The position numbers and the translations under genes were made by a program. A DNA stretch of 63,358 nt, the filler included, from an uncultured Methanosarcinales archaeon (lineage in GTDB: Archaea; Nanobdellota; Nanobdellia; Woesearchaeales; JACPBV01): NCBI GenBank assembly GCA_964492935.1. It is 5 parts of 5 records of this genome, joined end to end, with 100 filler letters (N's around TTAATTAATTAA, not from the genome) between each part and the next. Parts side by side here need not be neighbours in the genome. Positions count along the whole stretch, not along the records: positions 17,897 to 34,567 come from CAZBLF010000028.1; 4 more parts are not named here. One strand, 5' to 3'. Under the pieces are notes generated by a model that saw only the letters and a list, made by a program, of their open reading frames with translations, made no database searches and was not told the DNA's origin. Positions 19,014-29,239 of this stretch are shown here, piece by piece (positions within the stretch are counted from its first letter, which is position 1; each line of letters begins with the position of its first letter).

Positions 19014-20396
19014 ATGGCGAGCGCGGTTATTGTGATTATGGGGATTACTGGAGATTTGAGCAAACGGAAACTCATTCCGTCGATGTATCGGTTGTTGAAG
19101 AACAAGAAAATTAAGGATTTTGCTATTATTGGTATTGGCAGACGGGAATTATCGGTTGCAGATATTATAACTGGTTCTCGGAAATTTATTTCTAAGCCGG
19201 ATGCTAGTGTTTTGAGTAGCTTGGAGAACAACATATCGTACCTACAAGGAGATTTAGATGATAAGAACACGTATGATGCATTGAAGAAGCGTTTAGCTGG
19301 GCATGCCAAGAAAGGATTGACGAATGTCTTGTTTTATCTTGCTACATTACCAGGACATTTCGATCCGATTGCTCAGAATTTGAAGTCTTCGGGTTTGAGT
19401 AAAAGTAGTAAGGGTTGGGTTCGTGTTGTTTTTGAAAAACCGTTTGGAAGTAATTTGGAGGATGCACAAGAATTGAACGCCTCGATTAAGAAGGTTTTTT
19501 CTGAAGATCAAATTTATCGGATTGATCATTACTTAGGTAAGGAATTGGTTCAGAATATTGCGGTGTTGCGGTTTTCAAATACGGTGTTGGAGCCGTTGTG
19601 GAATAAGAATCATATCGATCATATCCAGATCATCTTGAATGAGGACATTGGCGTCGAGGATAGGGGTGGATTTTACGATAAATATGGTGCTATTAAGGAC
19701 GTAGTGCAAAATCATATGATGCAGCTGCTTGCTTTAGTTGCGATGGAGGCCCCATCAAGTTTTAATGCACTTCAGATTAGGAATGAGAAGTTTAAAGTTT
19801 TGCAAAGTACACGTTCGGTGGACGCACATGATACTATTTTAGGTCAGTATTCTGGTTACGGTCAGGAGAAGGATGTTGCTGCTGGTTCTAATACGGAGAC
19901 GTTCGCTGCGATGAAGCTGTTTGTTGATAATATGCGGTGGCAGCATGTGCCGTTTTATTTGAAGACGGGGAAGAAGATGAAGGAGAAGAAATCTTTAATT
20001 TATATTCAGTTTGAGGAGGCGCCGGGAGTTTTGTTTAAAGAAGGTGCGAAATTGGAGCCGAATCATTTGGTGATAACGGTGCAGCCTTCAGAGGGATTCT
20101 ACATGACGTTGAATGCTAAATCGCCTGGATCTCTTGATTTGACTCAGGTGAAGATGGACTTTTGTCATAATTGTAAGTATGGTGCTAATACTCCTGAAGC
20201 GTATGAGACGTTGTTGGAGAGTGTTTTGGCTGGCGATCAATCGGTGTTTGTACGATCGGATGAGGTCGAACAGAGCTGGAGAATTGTGGATAAGGTGATT
20301 GATACCTCATTGAAGGTGCGTTCGTATGCTGCTGGAAAGGATCCTAAGTCTGCAACTGATTTTATTGCTAAGGATGGAAGAAAGTGGTTTGTTTAG
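19014..20396 (+). CDS. zwf: Glucose-6-phosphate 1-dehydrogenase (bacterial type)
   Basis: GITGDLSKRKL, EKPFG, RIDHYLGKE, DVVQNH. Confidence 0.97.
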   Translation: MASAVIVIMGITGDLSKRKLIPSMYRLLKNKKIKDFAIIGIGRRELSVADIITGSRKFISKPDASVLSSLENNISYLQGDLDDKNTYDALKKRLAGHAKKGLTNVLFYLATLPGHFDPIAQNLKSSGLSKSSKGWVRVVFEKPFGSNLEDAQELNASIKKVFSEDQIYRIDHYLGKELVQNIAVLRFSNTVLEPLWNKNHIDHIQIILNEDIGVEDRGGFYDKYGAIKDVVQNHMMQLLALVAMEAPSSFNALQIRNEKFKVLQSTRSVDAHDTILGQYSGYGQEKDVAAGSNTETFAAMKLFVDNMRWQHVPFYLKTGKKMKEKKSLIYIQFEEAPGVLFKEGAKLEPNHLVITVQPSEGFYMTLNAKSPGSLDLTQVKMDFCHNCKYGANTPEAYETLLESVLAGDQSVFVRSDEVEQSWRIVDKVIDTSLKVRSYAAGKDPKSATDFIAKDGRKWFV

Positions 20397-20623
20397 TTAT
20401 TTGATTCTGTAAAGTCTCGGGCCAAAGTAGTGGATTTTTGTATGTAGCTATCTTGAACATTTGTTGCTCTGTCTTCCAATAGCCACCACAGTATTGTTGC
20501 TTTATTGGTCAATTCTTCTTGCTCATCGTGGAATTGGAGATCCCTCGCTACATGAGAACTTTTTTCTAATTGTTTACATACTCTATCGAGAGTAGCCCTA
20601 TTCCTATTGACTAAAGTTAGCAT
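20393..20623 (-). CDS. Hypothetical protein
   Basis: ORF directly downstream of gap. Confidence 0.45.
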   Translation of the reverse strand: MLTLVNRNRATLDRVCKQLEKSSHVARDLQFHDEQEELTNKATILWWLLEDRATNVQDSYIQKSTTLARDFTESNN

Positions 20624-20630
20624 GGTATTG

Positions 20631-21632
20631 TTATTTCGCAACCAGTTTTACCATATCGACCATGCGGCAGGAATAGCCCCACTCGTTGTCGTACCAGGCG
20701 ATTAAGACGAGCTTGTCGCCTACGCATTCGGTTAACTCTGAGTCGAAGATGCAGGAATTGGGGTTGCCGATGATGTCGCTTGATACTAGCGGGTCTTCGG
20801 AATATTCTAGAATGTTTTTTAGTGTGGATGCTGCATGTTTCTTGAAGAGTGCGTTGATTTCCTCTGTTTTGCAGGTCTTCTTGTTTTGGTTTAATGTTAC
20901 GACAAGATGTACTAACGAGCCATCAGGAGTTGGAACACGGACGGCTGAACCGATTAGTTTTCCTTTTAGTTCTGGAATGACTACTCCTATTGCGGTTGCA
21001 GCGCCGGTTGAAGTCGGAACCATGTTGATTGCTGCGGATCTGGATCTTCTCATGTCTGAGTGTGGCGCGTCCAAAAGATGTTGGTCGTTGGTGTAGGAAT
21101 GGATGGTGGCCATGACGCCTGATTCAATGCCGTATTCGTCATTAAGAATTTTTACCATGGGTGCTAGGCAGTTTGTGGTACAGGAGGCGTTGCTTACGAT
21201 GTCTTCGCCGCCATAGGTATCGTCGTTGACGCCCATTACGATCGTTTTTACAGGATCGTCGCCTTTTGCGGGTGCGCTCATAATTACTTTTTTTGCTCCT
21301 GCCGTTAGGTGAGTGGAGGCTTGTTCTTTGGTTCTGAAAATTCCCGTTGATTCTATGACTACATCTATTTTGAGCTCTTTCCAGGGTAATTTTGTAGGGT
21401 CCTTGATTGCGAAGACTTTGATTTCTTTATTATCTACCTTGATGGATTGAGGAGTAGAGGTGACGTCTCCAGGATACTTTCCATGGACTGAATCATACTT
21501 GAAGAGTTGCGCTAGGGTTTCTGCATTGGTAAGATCGTTAATTGCTACAACCTCGATTCCTTTTTCTTCAAGTGCTCGTTTAAAGACTAATCTTCCTATT
21601 CTTCCGAAACCGTTGATTGCTATTTTTGTCAT
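20631..21632 (-). CDS. gap: Type I glyceraldehyde-3-phosphate dehydrogenase
   Basis: INGFGRIGR, ASCTTNCL, WYDNEWGY. Confidence 0.98.
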   Translation of the reverse strand: MTKIAINGFGRIGRLVFKRALEEKGIEVVAINDLTNAETLAQLFKYDSVHGKYPGDVTSTPQSIKVDNKEIKVFAIKDPTKLPWKELKIDVVIESTGIFRTKEQASTHLTAGAKKVIMSAPAKGDDPVKTIVMGVNDDTYGGEDIVSNASCTTNCLAPMVKILNDEYGIESGVMATIHSYTNDQHLLDAPHSDMRRSRSAAINMVPTSTGAATAIGVVIPELKGKLIGSAVRVPTPDGSLVHLVVTLNQNKKTCKTEEINALFKKHAASTLKNILEYSEDPLVSSDIIGNPNSCIFDSELTECVGDKLVLIAWYDNEWGYSCRMVDMVKLVAK

Positions 21633-21772
21633 GGGATGCACCTCGTTTGTTGGTGTTTGTGGACTGGTTCAGGTATATAAGTATTTCTGCTTTGTAGTCT
21701 TTAGACTGTTTTAACGAAAAAAGTAAACTATATAAAGTTCTTTGAGTTGTTGAGTTGGATGGAGGGTGTACT

Positions 21773-23140
21773 GTGAGTTTTGAAACTGTTAATCCTAGTA
21801 CTGAGGAAGTTATTGCCTCTTATGAGTTGATGGACGCTGGTACGGTGATGGGATTTGTTGAGAAATCTAGCGTTGCTCAGAAAAAATGGGCTTTGGTACC
21901 GGTAAAAGACCGGGCTGGTTATTTTGTGAAGTTGGCTGCTGTGTTGAGAAAGAATGCAAAGAAGTATGCTGATTTGATGACGTTGGAGATGGGTAAATGT
22001 ACTACCGAGGCTCAGGCAGAGGTTGAGAAGTGTGCTTGGTCGGCTGATGTGTATGCTGAGAACGCCGAGAAATGGTTAGCGGAAGAAAAAGTTAAGGCTG
22101 ATGGCAAAGAACACTTTGTTCGTTTCGAGCCGATGGGTGTTATTTTGGCGATTATGCCGTGGAACTTTCCGTTCTGGCAGGCATTGCGGTTTGGAATTCC
22201 TACGTTGCTGGCAGGGAATGGTGGTGTATTGAAACACTCGAATGTTGTGCCGGGGTGTGCGGTGGCGATTGAGGAAGCATTTGCAGAGGCAGGATTTCCT
22301 AAAGGATTATTTAAGACGGTTATTACGGGTCATGATGCTGTAGCTGAAGCTATTGCATCGCCTTTGATTGCTGGTGTTTCTTTGACGGGAAGTACTGGTG
22401 CGGGAAAACATATTGGAAAGGCGGCTGGCGAGGCTATTAAGCCGTGTGTTTTAGAGTTAGGAGGGAGTGATCCGTTCATTGTTTTAGAGGATGCTGACAT
22501 TGCTAAGGCGGCTAAGGCGGCTGCGGGTGGTCGGTTTTTGAATGGGGGTCAATCGTGTATTGCTTCAAAGAGATTCTTAGTTCACAAGGATGTTGCTGAG
22601 GAATTCTCGAAGGCGTTTGCGGATGAAGTTTCGAAAATAGTGGTTGGCGATCCGATGGACGCAGCTACTAAGATGGGGCCGCTCGTCAATAAGGATGCGT
22701 ATGATGACATGTTGAAATTTATTAAGGATGCGGTTGCGAAAGGGGGTAAGATACTTACAGGTGGGAAGAATCCGTTCGACAAAGGGTATTTTATTGAGCC
22801 TACGGTGATTGCGGATGCTGATGGAACAATGAGGATTATGTCTGAAGAGGTATTTGGACCGATTGCGCCGATTCATGTGGTTTCGAGTGAGGAGGAAGCT
22901 ATACAGATTGCAAATGATTCTGAATTTGGGTTAGGAGGGAGTGTTTTTACCCAGGATCTGGAGCGTGGCAAAAGGGTTGCTGAGCAAATTCAATCGGGAG
23001 CGGTGTTCGTTAATAATTATACTAAATCTGATCCTCGAATGCCGTTTGGTGGGATTAAAACTTCAGGTATTGGACGTGAATTGAGTCATTATGGATTAAA
23101 GGAATTTGTTAACATCAAGGGGTATAGTATTTATGAGTAA
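21773..23140 (+). CDS. NAD(P)-dependent aldehyde dehydrogenase (succinate-semialdehyde dehydrogenase-like)
   Basis: IMPWNFP, LELGGSD, GQSCIA, EEVFGP, PFGGIK.SG.GRE. Confidence 0.93.
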   Translation: MSFETVNPSTEEVIASYELMDAGTVMGFVEKSSVAQKKWALVPVKDRAGYFVKLAAVLRKNAKKYADLMTLEMGKCTTEAQAEVEKCAWSADVYAENAEKWLAEEKVKADGKEHFVRFEPMGVILAIMPWNFPFWQALRFGIPTLLAGNGGVLKHSNVVPGCAVAIEEAFAEAGFPKGLFKTVITGHDAVAEAIASPLIAGVSLTGSTGAGKHIGKAAGEAIKPCVLELGGSDPFIVLEDADIAKAAKAAAGGRFLNGGQSCIASKRFLVHKDVAEEFSKAFADEVSKIVVGDPMDAATKMGPLVNKDAYDDMLKFIKDAVAKGGKILTGGKNPFDKGYFIEPTVIADADGTMRIMSEEVFGPIAPIHVVSSEEEAIQIANDSEFGLGGSVFTQDLERGKRVAEQIQSGAVFVNNYTKSDPRMPFGGIKTSGIGRELSHYGLKEFVNIKGYSIYE

Positions 23141-24791
23141 GAAAAAAGCCTCGGATGTGTTTGTTGAGTGTTTGGAGAATGAGGGCACGGAATATGTGTT
23201 TGCGGTGCCGGGAGAGGAGAATCTTGATATTGTTGAGAGTTTACGAACTTCGAAGATTAAGCTTATTGTGAATAGGCACGAACAGGGGAGTGCGTTTATG
23301 GCTGCAACCTATGGTCGGTTAACGGGAAAGGTCGGTGTATGTATGTCTACGCTTGGGCCTGGTGCAACGAATTTAGTGACGGGTGTTGCGTATGCTCAGC
23401 TTGGTGGGATGCCGTTGCTTGCGATTACTGGTCAGAAAGGAATTCGAGAGAACTGGCAGGGAAATTTTCAGATTATTGATGTTATTGGGATGATGAAACC
23501 GTTAACGAAAAATGCTGTTTCGATTAAGGGTCCTAAGATGATTTCACAGGAGATTCGGAGTGCGTTTAAGCTTGCAACGACGGAACGGCAGGGAGCGTGT
23601 CATATTGAGTTGCCGGAGGATGTTGCATCTGAGGATGTTGATACTGCGTTTGGGCCGCATACGCCTGGTGTGTTGAGGAGGCCGAATGCCGATGCTAAGG
23701 CTATTGCGTTGGCTGCTGATAAGATTAGAAAGGCTAAACATCCAGTGATTATTGTTTCCAGTCGAGCACAACGAAGAAAGGTGAGTGCTGCGTTAAAGAA
23801 GTTTTGTGATGGTACGAACGTGTATGTTATTCACACGCAGTTGGGAAAGGGAGTACTAGGAGATGATCATAAGAATTCGCTCTTTGCTTTTGGTATTCAC
23901 AAAAAAGATTATGTGAATTGTGTTGTGGAAAAGGCTGACTTGATCATTACGGTTGGTTATGCAACGATTGAGCATCCGCCGAGTGTTTGGAATACTGATT
24001 TGAAAAAAGAGATTCTGCATATTGATTTTACTCCTGCTGAGCCTGAGATTTTTTATGAACCCTCTGTGGAATTGGTGGGTGATGTAAGTGCTTCCTTGGA
24101 CGCATTACGACGTGCGTTACCTGGATTTAAGCACACCGGTACCTATGAGGAGAAAATTAAGAAGGATCTTGAGGAGCGGTTGTTTGTGGAAGGAAGTACT
24201 GATGATAGTTTTCCGATGAAGCCTCGTAGAATAGTTGCTGATTGTCGAAAGGTGTTGGGAAAGGAAGATATCATCTGCATGGATAATGGAATTTACAAGA
24301 TGTGGTTTAGTCGGCATTACAAGACGTTTGGCATTACCACGTTTTTGATTGACAATACACTTGCAACAATGGGTGCGGGATTGCCGAGTGCGATGGGCGC
24401 TCAATTGGTGCATCCGAAGAAGAAGGTGCTTGCTGTATGTGGCGATGGTGGATTTATGATGAATTCGCAGGAGTTGGAGACGGCTGTACGATTGAAATTA
24501 CCGGTTGTGGTGTTGATATTAAACGATAATGCGTATGGATTTATTAAATGGAAGCAGCAGAATTTTAAGTTTGGTGATTTTGGGTTAGATTTAGGGAATC
24601 CTGACTTTGTGAAGTATGCTCAGGCGTATGGAGCTAAAGGGTATCGCGTTACTAAGGCTGAATCTCTCGTACCTATCTTAGAGAAGGCGTTCCGGCAGCG
24701 CGGTCCGGTTATTGTGGAATGTGCAATTGATTACAGTGAAAATAAAAAGGTGTGGAACCAGGAGCTTGACACATTTACGTGTCCGACGTGA
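23133..24791 (+). CDS. Acetolactate synthase large subunit-like TPP enzyme
   Basis: PGEEN, RHEQ, GPGATN, GDGGFMMNSQELET. Confidence 0.92.
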   Translation: MSKKKASDVFVECLENEGTEYVFAVPGEENLDIVESLRTSKIKLIVNRHEQGSAFMAATYGRLTGKVGVCMSTLGPGATNLVTGVAYAQLGGMPLLAITGQKGIRENWQGNFQIIDVIGMMKPLTKNAVSIKGPKMISQEIRSAFKLATTERQGACHIELPEDVASEDVDTAFGPHTPGVLRRPNADAKAIALAADKIRKAKHPVIIVSSRAQRRKVSAALKKFCDGTNVYVIHTQLGKGVLGDDHKNSLFAFGIHKKDYVNCVVEKADLIITVGYATIEHPPSVWNTDLKKEILHIDFTPAEPEIFYEPSVELVGDVSASLDALRRALPGFKHTGTYEEKIKKDLEERLFVEGSTDDSFPMKPRRIVADCRKVLGKEDIICMDNGIYKMWFSRHYKTFGITTFLIDNTLATMGAGLPSAMGAQLVHPKKKVLAVCGDGGFMMNSQELETAVRLKLPVVVLILNDNAYGFIKWKQQNFKFGDFGLDLGNPDFVKYAQAYGAKGYRVTKAESLVPILEKAFRQRGPVIVECAIDYSENKKVWNQELDTFTCPT

Positions 24792-24796
24792 TTGTT

Positions 24797-25489
24797 ATGG
24801 AAATAATTAAAGGTGAGAGAAAAGAGGCAGAGCGAAAAGCGGCCGATGCAATTGCTGCAGAGATCAATAATTTGTTGACGCAGCAGGATACGGTTACGTT
24901 GGGATTGGTTGGCGGTACGTCGGTTGCGGGAGTCTATGATTGGCTTAAAGAAACGGTTGTTGACTGGAAAAAGGTGCTGGTGTTCTTGGTCGATGAGCGG
25001 ATGGTTGATGTTGATAGCGATGAAAGTAATTTTAAATTGATTCGAGGTGCGTTTACGCATGATCTCGTTACTTCGGGCAAGATGCCCCAGGAGAATGTGC
25101 ATCCTTTTGTGTATAATGCTGAGGTGCAGGATTTAGGAGTTGTGAAATATCTTCGCCAGATGGAGGATATTGGGAAAAAGTATGATGTGATTGTGGTGAG
25201 TGCTGGAGAGGATGGGCATATTGGTGCATTGTTTCCTCGGCATGATTCATTGGCATCGGATGCTGACTGTTTATTGGCGATGGATGATAGTCCTAAACCT
25301 CCTGCTCGACGTTTGACGATAAGTCGCGCGATGGTGTTGCGATCACAGGTTGGCTTTGTCTTGTTTTTTGGTGAAGGGAAGAAAAAAGCATATGCTGCGT
25401 TTTCAGATTTGGATACGAAGATTGCGGATTGTCCTGCTTCGTTGTTGCATCACTTACCTAAGGCGTATGTGGTTACGGATCTTTCTTAG
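24797..25489 (+). CDS. pgl: 6-phosphogluconolactonase
   Basis: GGTS, DERMV...SN, GEDGHIGALFP, SPKPPARRLT. Confidence 0.92.
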   Translation: MEIIKGERKEAERKAADAIAAEINNLLTQQDTVTLGLVGGTSVAGVYDWLKETVVDWKKVLVFLVDERMVDVDSDESNFKLIRGAFTHDLVTSGKMPQENVHPFVYNAEVQDLGVVKYLRQMEDIGKKYDVIVVSAGEDGHIGALFPRHDSLASDADCLLAMDDSPKPPARRLTISRAMVLRSQVGFVLFFGEGKKKAYAAFSDLDTKIADCPASLLHHLPKAYVVTDLS

Positions 25490-25653
25490 NNNNNNNNNNN
25501 NNNNNNNNNNNNNNNNNNNNNNNNNNNNNNNNNNNNNNNNNNNNNNNNNNNNNNNNNNNNNNNNNNNNNNNNNNNNNNNNNNNNNNNNNTGCTTCGTTGT
25601 TGCATCACTTACCTAAGGCGTATGTGGTTACGGATCTTTCTTAGTTTATATGT

Positions 25654-25773
25654 GCATAGCATCTTCGAAATTCTTGCTTCTGAATCTGAAGGCTCTGTCT
25701 TCCCGTAGGGTGCGACCCCTGACAACGAGCCTGATTTGGGAAATGATAGAATTTCGAACCTGGGATGCTATAC
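25654..25773 (+). repeat. Dispersed structured element, copy B
   Basis: ATAGCAT-CTTCGAAATTC(25663)-16nt-AGGCTC-TGTC-[TTCCCGTAGGGTGCGACCCCT]-GACA-AC-GAGCCT-16nt-GAATTTCGAA-CCTGGG-ATGCTAT. Confidence 0.85.
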
Positions 25774-25855
25774 CCATTCTTAGCTTCCGTTAGTGGTAAT
25801 TCTGTTACGATATCTTTAAATATGATTCTGGCTTAACGATTGTTAAGTTATTACG

Positions 25856-26695
25856 ATGATTGAAAGTTTTTTGATTACGTCCCGGGAAACGTTGGAAGTT
25901 AGTTTAGTTGTGGGTATCGTCTTATCCTATCTTACGAAAACTGATAATGCAAAGTATCGTAAGAACGTGTATTATGGTATTGTTGGAGGAATTGGATTTA
26001 GTATTGTGGCTGCGGTGTTGTTTAACTTCTTTGCTGGCGGTTTTACTGGGAGAGGTGAGGCGTTATTTGAAGGTTTTACGATGTTGTTAGGTGCTGGGTT
26101 GCTTACTACGATGATTTTGTGGATGATGAAGCAGCGGAATATAGTTGAAAAATTACATGAACGGATGAGTGCTCATTTAACGTCAGATAGTTCGTTTTTT
26201 TCTGCGTTTGGTATCTTTTTCATTATTTTTATCGCGGTGATTCGTGAGGGTGTTGAAACGGTCATCTTCTTGAACGCTGCTCAGTATGCAGGTGGATTGC
26301 ATCTTTTTGGTGGGTTGATCGGTGTTGTTGTTGCTATCGTCCTGGGATGGCTCTTTTTTAGAAGCACCCGGAATATCCAATTAAAGAAGATGTTTACTGT
26401 GAGTGGTGTGTTGTTAATTTTATTTGCGGCAGGTCTTGTTGCTCATGGAGTTCATGAATTTGAGGAGGCTGGGGTTGTTTCGGGTATGGTTACTCCATTA
26501 TATGATATTAATCCTGCGTTGCATGCAGATGGGAGTTTTCCTGCGTTGCATGAAAAAGGGGTTGTGGGCAGTTTCTTGAAGGGTTTGTTTGGTTATAATG
26601 GAAATCCTAGTTTATTGGAGGTTTTGGTGTATCTTTTGTATCTGGGAGGGATTGGTTTCTGGTATTTCCGTTTGCAGACTGCTTCAAGAGCCTGA
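25856..26695 (+). CDS. FTR1/EfeU-family iron permease
   Basis: Two RExxE motifs (RETLE, REGVE), multiple TM helices. Confidence 0.93.
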   Translation: MIESFLITSRETLEVSLVVGIVLSYLTKTDNAKYRKNVYYGIVGGIGFSIVAAVLFNFFAGGFTGRGEALFEGFTMLLGAGLLTTMILWMMKQRNIVEKLHERMSAHLTSDSSFFSAFGIFFIIFIAVIREGVETVIFLNAAQYAGGLHLFGGLIGVVVAIVLGWLFFRSTRNIQLKKMFTVSGVLLILFAAGLVAHGVHEFEEAGVVSGMVTPLYDINPALHADGSFPALHEKGVVGSFLKGLFGYNGNPSLLEVLVYLLYLGGIGFWYFRLQTASRA

Positions 26696-26758
26696 TGAGT
26701 TCATCATATACTTTTGTGGAAACAAATCTTTATAAATTGAATATGGTTGCCCCTCCTT

Positions 26759-27178
26759 ATGAAGATTCTTGGTCTGGTATTGGTTGTTTTTCTCGTCTCC
26801 TGTATTCCACTAGAAAATGATGCTACGCGGATGGTTCCTAAACAGGGAGATGAGCGTATTGTTATTGCTGATAGTGAGTTGAGTAATGGGAGTGAGGTTG
26901 TTGTTAAACAACCGGTGCAGGTTGCGGCAAGTGGTCTATTTCATGAAATCACGATTGATGATCTCAAGTTTTTTCCCAATGAGTTGAAAGTAGGATTGGG
27001 TGATGAGGTTACGTGGTTGAATGAGGATAGTGTGGATCATAGTATTGTGATGGGTGAGATTGAAAGCCCTGTATTGAAGCCCGGCGGTTCATTTACGTTT
27101 ACTTTCTTGAAGAGAGGTACGTTTGCGTATAGTTGTGGGATTCATCCCTCAATGACAGGAAGTGTTGTTGTTTCTTAG
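26759..27178 (+). CDS. Cupredoxin (plastocyanin/azurin-like) lipoprotein
   Basis: LVSC lipobox-like; H...CGIHPSM type-1 copper ligands. Confidence 0.88.
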   Translation: MKILGLVLVVFLVSCIPLENDATRMVPKQGDERIVIADSELSNGSEVVVKQPVQVAASGLFHEITIDDLKFFPNELKVGLGDEVTWLNEDSVDHSIVMGEIESPVLKPGGSFTFTFLKRGTFAYSCGIHPSMTGSVVVS

Positions 27179-27242
27179 GTTAATTTTTTGTCAAAAGTAA
27201 ATTTTATAAAGAGTCAGGATAATAGCTGATTAGGTTGTCCAT

Positions 27243-28526
27243 ATGGGAAAATTTTTCGATAATTCAAAGAAACTGTTTGAAAACGCTTTACAATACGTTA
27301 CGGTGAGTGAGGATGCGGTGAAGACGCTGGAGCATCCGAAACAGATTATTCAGGTCAGTATTCCGTTACGAAAATTGAATGGGGATTTGGAGATCTTTAC
27401 CGGTTATCGAGTGCACCATAATGATTTACTCGGGCCAACAAAGGGAGGTATTCGTTTCCTTTCTACGGTGGATTTGGATGAGGTTAAATCACTTGCATTC
27501 TTGATGACGTTTAAGTGTGCGGTTGTGGGTATTCCTTTTGGTGGTGCGAAGGGTGGTGTTGTTGTTAATCCTAAGAAATTGAAGAGACACGAGATTGAGC
27601 ATTTGAGTCGTGGATATATTCGAGGGATTTATGATTTTATTGGTCCTGATGTGGATATTCCGGCGCCGGATGTGTATACGAATGAGATGATTATGGGCTG
27701 GATGGCGGATGAGTACAATAAGATTTCTCGGAAATTGACGCCTGCAGTGATAACGGGTAAACCGGTATCATTAGGGGGTAGTCTGGGAAGAGATGATGCT
27801 ACTGCGCGGGGAGCATATTATGTGTTGCGTAGCCTCGTCAAAAAGAAAAAATTGGATCCTAAGAAATTGACGGTTGCGATTCAGGGATATGGTAATGCTG
27901 GATATCATCTTGCCAAATTATTGCATGATGATGGATATAAAATTGTGGGATTGAGTGATTCAAAGGGAGCCATCTTTACGAAGAAAGGGAATTTGGATCC
28001 AGATAGTGTTATGCGACGTAAGCGAGAGGCTGGGAAATTAGAGGCAGTATATTGTAAGGGCACGGTCTGCGATATTATCAAACATGATAGGATAACGAAT
28101 GAGCAGTTGTTGGAGTCAGATGTGGATATTTTGGTTCCTGCTGCATTAGAGAATCAGATTACTAAGAAGAATGCTGCGAAAATCAAGGCTAAGATTATTT
28201 TGGAGGTTGCGAATGGACCAACGTCACACGATGCTGATGCAATTCTTGCTAAAAACAAGCAGATTGTGATTCCCGATATCCTGGCTAATGCGGGCGGGGT
28301 GACGGTGAGTTATTTTGAATGGTTGCAGAATCGGAGTGGAGATTATTGGAGCCTTGGGGCGGTGCATGAGAAACTAGAAAAAATTATGTTAGATGCGTAC
28401 GGTGCGGTGACGAAGGTTCAGGAGGAGTTGAAGATTGATATGCGGACGGCTGCGTATGTTGTTTCTGTTAGGCGGTTGGTGAGTGCTATCAATGCAAAAG
28501 GTACTGCTGAATACTTCAAAACATAG
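27243..28526 (+). CDS. gdhA: Glutamate dehydrogenase (Glu/Leu/Phe/Val family)
   Basis: GPTKGGIRF, PFGGAKGG, DIPAPDV, QGYGNAG, ANAGGVTVSYFEW. Confidence 0.96.
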   Translation: MGKFFDNSKKLFENALQYVTVSEDAVKTLEHPKQIIQVSIPLRKLNGDLEIFTGYRVHHNDLLGPTKGGIRFLSTVDLDEVKSLAFLMTFKCAVVGIPFGGAKGGVVVNPKKLKRHEIEHLSRGYIRGIYDFIGPDVDIPAPDVYTNEMIMGWMADEYNKISRKLTPAVITGKPVSLGGSLGRDDATARGAYYVLRSLVKKKKLDPKKLTVAIQGYGNAGYHLAKLLHDDGYKIVGLSDSKGAIFTKKGNLDPDSVMRRKREAGKLEAVYCKGTVCDIIKHDRITNEQLLESDVDILVPAALENQITKKNAAKIKAKIILEVANGPTSHDADAILAKNKQIVIPDILANAGGVTVSYFEWLQNRSGDYWSLGAVHEKLEKIMLDAYGAVTKVQEELKIDMRTAAYVVSVRRLVSAINAKGTAEYFKT

Positions 28527-28591
28527 TTTATCAAAAGTAAATTTTGAAGCTTAAAGTAAGGTTTATTAAGAAGTGGGGTGTACATACAACT

Positions 28592-29239
28592 ATGGGATAC
28601 AAAGTAATTGCGCCGGTTGGCGATAATCTAAAAGCGTTGTTCGTAGGTATTAAGGAATTTCCCACGGAGATGGTGTACTTGGTTGCACCTAAGGGAAATG
28701 CTAAAGAGGCTCATGAGCTTGCTTCTAAGTTGGATGAATTTACTATTAAATCTAAGATTCTGGAGATTGATGGTAATATGATGGAGGAGATGTTCCGTAC
28801 GTTTGGGGACATTTGTTCGTTGCACGATGAGGATGATCTTATTGTGAATGTTGCTACTGGCGATAGAATTAGTACGTGTGCCGCGTTATCGGCTGCGTTT
28901 GCGAATGGGTTGAAGGCGTTTGGTGTGATGGATGATATGGCGATGATGTTACCGATTATGAAATTGAGTTACTATAATGAGTTGAGTGATAATAAATTAA
29001 AGATTTTGAAACATCTTTCACCGGATGACTTTACATCATTGAAAGAGTTGAGTGAGAAGGTAACAATGTCGATTTCGTTGTTGTCTTATCACATCAATGG
29101 AAATTACAAGTATAAAGGCTTGAAACAGTTTAGATTGGTTGAATTAAAGGGAGAGCACAATAATTTGTACATTAAGTTGTCGCAGCTTGGTAATTTGTTG
29201 TTAAAGGGGTATATCAAGAGGTATGACAAAAAGAAATGA
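28592..29239 (+). CDS. CARF-like (Csa3/DUF6293-type) domain plus wHTH transcriptional regulator
   Basis: Rossmann-like N-domain with VNVATGDR; C-terminal SLKELSEKV..SISLLSYHI wHTH. Confidence 0.7.
   Translation: MGYKVIAPVGDNLKALFVGIKEFPTEMVYLVAPKGNAKEAHELASKLDEFTIKSKILEIDGNMMEEMFRTFGDICSLHDEDDLIVNVATGDRISTCAALSAAFANGLKAFGVMDDMAMMLPIMKLSYYNELSDNKLKILKHLSPDDFTSLKELSEKVTMSISLLSYHINGNYKYKGLKQFRLVELKGEHNNLYIKLSQLGNLLLKGYIKRYDKKK

Noticed and set aside
25435..25644. 55-bp exact direct repeat (25435-25489 and 25590-25644)
   Set aside because: It flanks a 100-N gap, so it is an unmerged contig overlap.
25700..25720. GTAG-type REP or TIGR/bridge-RNA identity for the dispersed element
   Set aside because: GTAG is present in only two of four copies. 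There are no tandem arrays, no box C/D motifs and no RAYT/IS110/Tas gene in the window. Kept only as analogies.
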